Shown here in pieces: positions 57,004-64,000 of a stretch of DNA of 64,000 nucleotides. The stretch comes from an uncultured Verrucomicrobiae bacterium (GTDB lineage: Bacteria > Verrucomicrobiota > Verrucomicrobiia > Chthoniobacterales > JAFAMB01). Below the pieces are notes generated by a model, which had not been told where the DNA came from, searched no databases, and worked only from the letters and a program-made list of their open reading frames with translations. The position numbers and the translations under genes were made by a program. Every line of letters begins with the position of its first letter. Within the stretch, counting starts at the first letter, position 1. The DNA is taken from contig CAVXLD010000011.1 in NCBI GenBank assembly GCA_963762565.1, positions 160,001 through 224,000 on the forward strand. Reading direction: 5' to 3'.

Positions 57004-57387
57004 TCACTGTCGCCAAAGCCGGACTCCAGCCATAGCCATCCACAATGCAAAGAGGTTAATGACCATTCGATTGAAGCAAAGAAGGACAAGCCATAGGAAA
57101 CAAAAATGTAACCAGATTCCCAAACCCCACTGACAGGCGAGCTGGCTCCCGCGCCCTGAAATTTCCAGCAACCATGTGGCATTCACAATGAGGACTACAA
57201 GCAGGGTGGTTAAGGCGATCAGACGCCAAGCTCCCACTAAGGTCAATCCGAGAAGCGAAAGTGTTTCAGTAGAAGGCATTGTCGCCTGCCACACGTCGAA
57301 GAGAAGACCAACCTGCAAGCCTATGAGATTCGGGATTACCCACCACCTTTCCTTTCTCAGAGCATATCTTGTTGCCACAGCGAGCAT
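57004..57387 (-). CDS. Hypothetical multi-TM membrane protein
   Basis: Three to four hydrophobic segments; start uncertain. Confidence 0.45.
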   Translation of the reverse strand: MLAVATRYALRKERWWVIPNLIGLQVGLLFDVWQATMPSTETLSLLGLTLVGAWRLIALTTLLVVLIVNATWLLEISGRGSQLACQWGLGIWLHFCFLWLVLLCFNRMVINLFALWMAMAGVRLWRQ

Positions 57388-57782
57388 CAGCCTAATTCAA
57401 GGAATTTTCGCGCGTATCCCTCTGTGTTCCTAATACCAGCTTCCTGTCTAATCGAAGACGAGTCGCCCGGGTTCGCCATCGGCCTCAGTGAATCAAAAAC
57501 AGGTCAGTACGCTACTAACCATGCACAAAACTTCAGAGGGCTCGACACTATCCTTTTCGTTCTCTCGATGACGCTGTTCCAATCCTCGAACGGCTTCTCA
57601 TTCGTGATCTGATCCGCCGGGGAGAGCGGGAGGGGAGGAAGATTCAGGCGGTGCGGGAGAAGGTTCAGGTTAGGCTTGAGAAGAAGAACCACGCACGTTT
57701 AGGCCCAAAGCGGCCGTGAGAAGTGAGAAGTGATTGGTGAGAGTTGAGAGGGGAAAGGCAACGTGATTTGTGATTGGTGGGG

Positions 57783-58604
57783 TCAGGGCTCTCCTGTTCC
57801 GAAGAAGGGTTTATGGCCAGAAGAAACGCACGGTGCCGAAAGAAGTGCCGTTTTTCCTATCTCGCTCAGCACCTTCTGGAGCCCCTCTTTGGCCCAAGGC
57901 TCCCATGATGACCAGGGCGGCAACCAAAACCAACCTCCAGCAGCTTCGCCAACAACAGTCGCTGTTCCTCGCGCCGCAACGGCAGCTGTCAAAAGACAGA
58001 TCAACGCAGCCCGTCGTTCATGGTGTTTCTCCATGCGCAACCGGCTCCACACCTCATCAGGCAAATCCAGCTGTTTGGAGAGTTTTGATTCTACGTTGCT
58101 AGAGGTAACCGCTGTGTCATACAGCCAATCAAACCGTCTCCCACGTTTGAAAATCGGCGCCAACTGCATTGTGGGTTCGGGCGTGAGCACTCCCAGAAAG
58201 GCGTTTGGAAATGCTTCAATTATCGGGCCATTCCGGGTTACGCCCGATACTCTTTGCTCAGAGATTTCGACGAACCGGCTGAATTGAGTGCACGCAATGG
58301 CCGTGGCGTCTCTTAGCTTTAATCCTGCACCGCAATGACTAAGCCTGGGTTTACACCGTTTGTGAAAAGGTGCCCGGACAAAAGCTTCTTCGCAGGGACG
58401 TCGAATCGTCTCCTGAGAAGCCGACGGGAGTAGTGGCCCATCAAGCGCTACAACGGAAGCGCAGAAGCCATCAGGAATCTTAAATGTTCGGCTTTCGAAA
58501 TCAGTCCTCGCTAGCCAGACCGTTAATTCATCGCCGTTGAGGCACGCGATCGCCGTTGAGCGGCGCTTTTCCGAAAAACCGATGTCGACGCCCAGGAGTT
58601 TCAT
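57783..58604 (-). CDS. DUF429-like protein (RNase H-like fold)
   Basis: LLGVDIGFS, VALDGPL, RPCE, IEAFPNAFL. Confidence 0.75.
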   Translation of the reverse strand: MKLLGVDIGFSEKRRSTAIACLNGDELTVWLARTDFESRTFKIPDGFCASVVALDGPLLPSASQETIRRPCEEAFVRAPFHKRCKPRLSHCGAGLKLRDATAIACTQFSRFVEISEQRVSGVTRNGPIIEAFPNAFLGVLTPEPTMQLAPIFKRGRRFDWLYDTAVTSSNVESKLSKQLDLPDEVWSRLRMEKHHERRAALICLLTAAVAARGTATVVGEAAGGWFWLPPWSSWEPWAKEGLQKVLSEIGKTALLSAPCVSSGHKPFFGTGEP

Positions 58605-58886
58605 ATGCCGAACACTTATATAAGGAAAAACCGAGCCAAGTGGTCGAGGCTTGAACGACCACAAGATGAGAGGTGGACGCGATTGGTCATGCTCCAGCAT
58701 CTCCGATCTGGCTAGGCTAGACCAATCGCCGGAGTCTGGAAAAGCACAGGTTTCCGCAGTTAGTCTCAAACCCGCGGCACCAGAAGCTTCTGGATGACAC
58801 CGAAGCTCTCCTCTATTGTGATCATCAATTTGATCGCCACTTTGTCCTTTCTTTATCATAAATCCACAAACCCGCGGTGACTCGCA

Positions 58887-59516
58887 TTGACGGACCCGAA
58901 CAATCTCAAATCCGCTGCCGAGTATCTTCTTCAAGTGGCTCGCAGCTCTGAAGGCCGCCGCTATCGTAAGCAGCCCAAGATCGACGCGTTAAGACAATAT
59001 AAGGAAGAGATCTTGGAGGCACACCGCAGTGGTCTCAGCGTGCACCGGATCGCGCAGATCTTTAGGGAACGCGGCGTTGACATCTCCGTGCCCCATTTGG
59101 TGCGAACCGTTCGACGTTTTGTCGACGAAGAGGAGCGGACCAGTGGCAGGGCTTCCGGTCAACGACCTCCTCCGACGAAAGAAACTAAGTCCCAGGCGAC
59201 ATATCAGGTTGCCGAGCAACCTTCTGCCCTTGTCCAGGAGGAGGAATTCGCCAAGCAATTGCGGCTCGCGCGCTATTTGGCTGGGGCCAATCTGCCGCGG
59301 TCGCGATCGCTACAGCAGGTTCGCGAGGCAAGAACGCCTAAGCAAGAGCGACTCGGTACAAAACCGACTGCTAAAGCCAAGAGAGAAACGACCAGCAAAA
59401 AAGCTCAGGGTGAAGAATTGGCGAAGGAGCGTCGCCGCGCCGGGCGACCGCTTCATAACGTATCGTCATCCGGTACGGGGCGAGGGGAGAAGCAACGGCC
59501 TTCGCCCGGTCGTTAG
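58887..59516 (+). CDS. Hypothetical basic protein with an HTH-like N-terminal half
   Basis: EILEAHRSGLSVHRIAQIFRERGVDIS..LVRTVRR; basic low-complexity tail. Confidence 0.55.
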   Translation: MTDPNNLKSAAEYLLQVARSSEGRRYRKQPKIDALRQYKEEILEAHRSGLSVHRIAQIFRERGVDISVPHLVRTVRRFVDEEERTSGRASGQRPPPTKETKSQATYQVAEQPSALVQEEEFAKQLRLARYLAGANLPRSRSLQQVREARTPKQERLGTKPTAKAKRETTSKKAQGEELAKERRRAGRPLHNVSSSGTGRGEKQRPSPGR

Positions 59517-59646
59517 AAGCTCGGTTAGGAGATGGCTTAATGGCCCGATTGTCTTCGCCATCACGAGTCTGGCCGAACGTTCATGCGGAATCGACTCTGC
59601 GGACTACTCAGGCCCTCAGGGTTTTTTTGAAAAAAATTAGCCCGAC

Positions 59647-59892
59647 CTACCCGGTCTGACTTTCTATTTCGCCGAAGGTTCTCGACTTCAGTTCCACGCC
59701 CGTGATCTGGTCCATCTGGTCCGGACCAACAACCTCGATTTGGCCAGCCGCCCTTTCGAAAACGAGTCGCATGGAGGGGGTGACCCAAACGTGCTCGCGA
59801 GTTCTCACGTAGATCGAGTCACCGCCAACTCGGTGTATGGTAAACGGCTGCCATTCTCTGGCTCTTAGGAGTTCCCGAATTCGTTCGATCAT
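59647..59892 (-). CDS. Small conserved-looking hypothetical protein
   Basis: IRELLRAREWQPFTIH..GG pattern. Confidence 0.6.
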   Translation of the reverse strand: MIERIRELLRAREWQPFTIHRVGGDSIYVRTREHVWVTPSMRLVFERAAGQIEVVGPDQMDQITGVELKSRTFGEIESQTG

Positions 59893-60011
59893 ACGGTACG
59901 GCTATGCCCAAACGGGAAGTCCGACAAGGATGGCAGCTTCCGTGACCCGAAGACTGGGCAGCACTCATGACGCGATCGCGCTTGGAAATCAGGGTAAGTA
60001 GGGGGATGGCC

Positions 60012-60080
60012 ACCGGCGGCGATGTTATGTGCGCCGCAAAAATCGAGCATCTTCTGGGCCTCACGGATACCGCCGGCGCT
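60012..60080 (-). pseudogene. Short relic of an NADP-dependent alcohol dehydrogenase (AdhC/YahK-type C-terminal region)
   Basis: Manual translation SAGGIREAQKMLDFCGAHNIAA versus family motif GGIxETQEMLDFCxxHNI. Confidence 0.55.
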
Positions 60081-60165
60081 GAATCTGAAGCCTCCCCGCC
60101 GAACCTGGCAAGAGCGCGAGTCTTGCGGTTTGGTCCGCCCGGCCTATTTTTGATCTGCAAGCACT

Positions 60166-61458
60166 ATGAAGGCAGCGGATTCATCGACGAAGGCGCTGAG
60201 CATTCTTCACTTGCTGATGGGAGATTATCATCCTCGCAATTTTGCGGTCAGGCTTTGGGATGGCCGGGAGTGGCCCGCAGAAACCGGCTTGCCTGTCTTT
60301 ACGCTGGCCTTCAATCATCCTCATGCCTTACGGTCCCTGCTGCAGAGTCGCGGCAGCGATCTAGCGATCAGCGAATCTTACATCCGGGGTGAGCTTGATC
60401 TCGAAGGAGACATCGAAGCTGCGATGCCGTTGGTCAAGTATTTGACTGATCGCCACTGGCCCACCTCAACGGCCCTACGGATCGGGTGGAATGGGTTCCA
60501 TCTCTCTGTCAACGGCGGGTCCAAACGAAACGGGCAAAGGCCTGCCATGCTGTCCGAGGAGCTGCATTCGATTGAGCGAGATCGCCAGGCGATAACCTAT
60601 CATTACGACGTCTCGAATGATTTCTATGCGTTATGGCTTGATCAACGAATGGTCTATTCCTGTGCTTATTTTGAAACCAACGAGGAAGATTTGGACACGG
60701 CTCAGACACGCAAGCTCGATTACCTATGCCGGAAACTGCGACTGCGCCCCGGTGAACGCCTGCTCGACATTGGCTGCGGCTGGGGTGGCCTGATCATCCA
60801 TGCCGCCCAGCAGTACGGAGTAGAAGCCCTTGGCATCACGCTCAGTCGCAACCAAGCCGAGCTGGCTAACGAGCGAGTAGCGCGGGCCAGCTTGGATAGC
60901 CGGTGCCGGGTGGAAGTGCGCGATTACCGCGACCTGAACGATAGCGACGGCTTCGACAAACTGGTTAGCGTCGGCATGTTCGAGCACGTGGGTGAAAGCA
61001 AGCTCCCGCGCTATTTTGAACACGCATGGGAATTGTTGAGACCGGGCGGAGTTTTCCTCAACCACGGTATCGCTTTACGTGCGAGCGAGCCGCAGCCGAA
61101 GGGTCCGAACTTTATGAGTCGCTATGTCTTTCCGGATACCGAGTTGGTGCCAATCAACGCGACGCTGCGATATGCCGAAGAGGCCGGGTTCGAAGTCCGT
61201 GACGTGGAGAGCCTGCGGGAGCATTACGCGCTCACTTTGCGCCACTGGGCTCGCCGTTTGGAACTTCGTCGCGACGAGGCGCTACGAGTGGTAGACGAGC
61301 CAACCTATCGGGTTTGGCGATTGTTCCTGCCGGGATCAGCATATTGGTTCGCAGCGGGAGCGTTGAGCGTTTATCAAGCGTTGCTCCTCAAACCCGAGGA
61401 AGGCCGCAGCGGTCTGCCGCTGACCCGGCGGGGCTGGTACCTAGCCAATGACAAATGA
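60166..61458 (+). CDS. cfa: Cyclopropane-fatty-acyl-phospholipid synthase family methyltransferase
   Basis: HYDVSNDFY, MVYSCAYF, LDIGCGWG, SVGMFEHVG, REHYALTL. Confidence 0.92.
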   Translation: MKAADSSTKALSILHLLMGDYHPRNFAVRLWDGREWPAETGLPVFTLAFNHPHALRSLLQSRGSDLAISESYIRGELDLEGDIEAAMPLVKYLTDRHWPTSTALRIGWNGFHLSVNGGSKRNGQRPAMLSEELHSIERDRQAITYHYDVSNDFYALWLDQRMVYSCAYFETNEEDLDTAQTRKLDYLCRKLRLRPGERLLDIGCGWGGLIIHAAQQYGVEALGITLSRNQAELANERVARASLDSRCRVEVRDYRDLNDSDGFDKLVSVGMFEHVGESKLPRYFEHAWELLRPGGVFLNHGIALRASEPQPKGPNFMSRYVFPDTELVPINATLRYAEEAGFEVRDVESLREHYALTLRHWARRLELRRDEALRVVDEPTYRVWRLFLPGSAYWFAAGALSVYQALLLKPEEGRSGLPLTRRGWYLANDK

Positions 61459-61503
61459 CAAAAACGAGCCCTCTTTAATCCTAAAATCCGAAGATGAAAT
61501 AAA

Positions 61504-61579
61504 CCGCAGATTACGCAGATTCAATGTATGGCAAATGAGCACGCGCGCTGAATTTGCGTTAATCCGCGGAATCTGTGGA
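61504..61579. repeat. CGCAGATTA 9-mer inverted repeat between convergent genes
   Basis: ccgcagattacgcagattca ... aatccgcggaatctgtgg. Confidence 0.65.
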
Positions 61580-61607
61580 TCGTAATTTGGAATCGGGGTT
61601 AATTTTG

Positions 61608-63269
61608 TCATTTGTCATTTCTTAGCGGCCGGGAGCGGTCCAGCAGTAAGGCAACGCCATCCCCTGAGCGCAACGTTCCGAAAGCTAGACCAAGCGCGTC
61701 GGTGAGGCGCGCGCTACAGAAAAGATCAGCGATTGATTGATTGCCAGTGCGGATCAATGCCGCCGCTTGCAAAGCCAGAGCCATTTTTTCAACCAGCCAG
61801 CGAGCGCCAAACTCCGTGCCCATTTCAGCCGGCTTAGCCCAACTCAGAGAGCCAACGAAGCGATCGAAAATGGAATTACCTCCTATGGCTACGCTGATTT
61901 CTTGCCAGAGAGCTTCGATGGTATCCGGATCCTTTTGCATGGCTCTCAGAACATCCAGGCATTGGACATTGCCGGCCCCTTCCCACAGAGAATTCAAAGG
62001 AGCGTCCCGGTAAAGGCGAGGAAGCGGCGATTCTTCAACATATCCGTTCCCGCCGAGACACTCCAAAGCCTCCGCTACTACCGCTGGCGTCCGCTTTGTG
62101 ATCCAATACTTGGCGATTGCGGTAGCGATACGAGCAAACTTGTGTTCGCGCGGGTCTTGACGTGCCCGATCAAACGCATGAGCGAGGCGAATAGACAGTG
62201 CGGTCGCAGCTTCCGACTCCAAACACAAATCGGCCAGAACGTTTCGCATCAATGGTTGATCGATCAAAAGGCGTCCGAATGCGGATCGATGGGCTGCATG
62301 ATGGGTTGCTTCGGTCACTGCTTTGCGCATGGAAGCCGCCGAGCCCACGGCACAATCCAACCGGGTATGGCGCACCATTTCCATAATCGTCGCGATCCCG
62401 CGGCCTTCTTCCCCGATTAATTGCGACCATGCCCGCTTGAACTCCACTTCGCTGGACGCATTTGAGCGGTTACCAAGCTTGTCTTTCAGGCGGAGAAGAT
62501 GGAAGGCGTTTCTAGTTCCATCCGGTCGCCAGCGAGGGAGCAAGAAGCAGGAGAGGCCCTTAGGCGCTTGCGCGAGCATCAGAAAGGCGTCACACATCGG
62601 TGCAGAGCAAAACCATTTATGACCCGTAATGACGTAATCCCCGCCCGGTCCACCTCCATCGACTGGCTCGGCCAGCGTCGTATTTGCTCGTACGTCGCTG
62701 CCTCCCTGGCGTTCGGTCATACCCATACCGAAGAGCGCACCCCGTTTTTGAGAAGCCGGCATTGAGCGAGGATCGTAGGTAGACGAAAGGATTCGTGGTT
62801 CCCATTCTCTCGCGAGTTCCGGCTGCAATCGAAGCGACGGGATCGCCGCGAATGTCATGGTTAACGGGCAACTCGTACCTTCGTCGACCTGATGTCTGAG
62901 AAACGCTAGAGCGGCTCGCGCGACGTGCGCACCGGCATCCTTGTTGATCCAAGGCAGAGAATGGATTCGCACTTCGACGCCGATGCGCATCAATTCATGG
63001 TACGCCGGATGGTACACGACTTCGTCGATCCGGTAACCAAACCGGTCATGCGTTCGCAGCTCCGGCGGAAATCGGTTAGCCTGGATGCCTAGATTGATGA
63101 TCTCTGGGCTACCGAGCAGTTCTCCAAGTTTGTGCGCTTCCGGCTCGATCCAACCGCCGCCCTCTCGCCGGACTGCCTCTTTCAGGGCCTGGTCGCTGTC
63201 GAAAAGATTGTAATTCTCTAAAGGTGGCGGCTGATTGAATACGATCTCGGGGGAATAGTTGGCGCCCAT
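61608..63269 (-). CDS. aidB: AidB-like acyl-CoA dehydrogenase
   Basis: VFNQPPPL, CPLTMT, MGMTERQGGSDVRAN, KDKLGNRSNASSE, ECLGGNGYVEE, WEGAGNV. Confidence 0.88.
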   Translation of the reverse strand: MGANYSPEIVFNQPPPLENYNLFDSDQALKEAVRREGGGWIEPEAHKLGELLGSPEIINLGIQANRFPPELRTHDRFGYRIDEVVYHPAYHELMRIGVEVRIHSLPWINKDAGAHVARAALAFLRHQVDEGTSCPLTMTFAAIPSLRLQPELAREWEPRILSSTYDPRSMPASQKRGALFGMGMTERQGGSDVRANTTLAEPVDGGGPGGDYVITGHKWFCSAPMCDAFLMLAQAPKGLSCFLLPRWRPDGTRNAFHLLRLKDKLGNRSNASSEVEFKRAWSQLIGEEGRGIATIMEMVRHTRLDCAVGSAASMRKAVTEATHHAAHRSAFGRLLIDQPLMRNVLADLCLESEAATALSIRLAHAFDRARQDPREHKFARIATAIAKYWITKRTPAVVAEALECLGGNGYVEESPLPRLYRDAPLNSLWEGAGNVQCLDVLRAMQKDPDTIEALWQEISVAIGGNSIFDRFVGSLSWAKPAEMGTEFGARWLVEKMALALQAAALIRTGNQSIADLFCSARLTDALGLAFGTLRSGDGVALLLDRSRPLRNDK

Positions 63270-63718
63270 GAGATAGGGGAACCAAAGATGATCGCGCGGT
63301 CCCGGGTCCGTAGCAACACTCCGGGAGTTGTTTATTTTTGGGTATCGCCGGCTATCCGGCGTCTTTATGCAGTCAGTGTTTGCGTCGAAGCAGTCTTACG
63401 TCTACGGATCTCTACGGTACACTCCTTCTCGGACCTGGTCCGTTAGTCTCTAGCGACGTATCAAGCGAAGAGCTCAGCTTGAACACAACATCGGAGCGAG
63501 TGGAGGAAAAACTGGAGATTCCGCGGTTATCGTAATCGGGAGCTAAGCGATTTTAGCAACCGATCCAGAACCGCCAGCAGAGCTGTTACAATCGATTGAG
63601 GCCCATGTGTGTCCCTTGGATCATCCGGAATTGAGTAACGTCATAGATGGGTCGATCGGCGCCCGGAAAACCGACATAACCAAGGTCTGGCTTTTTGCGT
63701 GTAATGTGCGCATCTAAC

Positions 63719-63961
63719 ATGAGCTTTGCGGAGATTATCGAGGAAGCTGCCCGGGCTGACACCGGCGGAACGGCAGGCAATCTATCGGCGGATCGAAGAT
63801 CTCGATAGGGAGCCGCGATTCGAGGTGACGGAGGAGATGGCGCTGCGATCGAGGAAGCAACGCGCTCCCTTGAGACTGGGAAAGGAATGCCACTAGAAGA
63901 AGTATGCCAGCGATTTCTTGCCAAATGGGCAATCTTTCTGTGCGTACACTATATCTTCTAG
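63719..63961 (+). pseudogene. Addiction-module antitoxin-like gene with two compensating frameshifts
   Basis: MSFAEIIEEAAR / LTPAERQAIYRRIEDLD...EEM / AAIEEATRSLETGKGMPLEEV; 243 nt from ATG to TAG. Confidence 0.55.
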
Positions 63962-64000
63962 TTCACGGCCCCCTAGCGACTGGTGGCATGGCGCCGCCAA

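Noticed and set aside
57783..58934. 383-aa version of the DUF429-like ORF
   Set aside because: The N-terminal 110 aa are not protein-like and overlap the divergent gene; the domain begins at ATG 58604.
63586..63932. Two minus-strand ORFs at the window end
   Set aside because: More likely antisense shadows of the frameshifted plus-strand antitoxin-like gene.
1..64000. tRNA, rRNA, riboswitch, prophage, integron or intact transposase
   Set aside because: None recognised by eye; covariance-model searches were not possible, so small RNAs cannot be excluded.

Overview
Bacterial chromosomal window. Gene content (ECF sigma plus Ser/Thr kinase pair, GxxExxY gene, many SDRs) and dense intergenic repeats suggest a soil Verrucomicrobiota (Chthoniobacterales-like) genome; this is an inference. 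It holds about 55 mostly accessory or metabolic CDSs: plsY, a ketose 3-epimerase, many SDR/OYE/MDR oxidoreductases, a Tat-exported sugar ABC transporter, a FUSC/HlyD efflux module, vapBC, a giant AAA-GAF-PAS histidine kinase with a NarL-type regulator, an S53 peptidase, treZ, cfa and an AidB-like dehydrogenase. No rRNA, tRNA, CRISPR array, integrase or intact transposase was seen. Highlights: (1) a compact MNIO (DUF692) RiPP-type cluster whose candidate Cys-containing precursor (8010..7852, motif GCRTCGLLG) is missing from the ORF track and reads through one TAA into an HMA-like tail; (2) a GxxExxY nuclease gene bracketed by 34-bp inverted repeats with 9-nt periodicity, with about 8 related empty pairs across the window, suggesting a nuclease-mobilised repeat system; (3) a single-chain MocD-MocE-NqrF-like desaturase/Rieske/reductase fusion; (4) nested IS630-like MITE, GGAG-REP and heptamer repeat families, plus several gene relics. 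Several single-base indels suggest sequencing error, so pseudogene calls are provisional.
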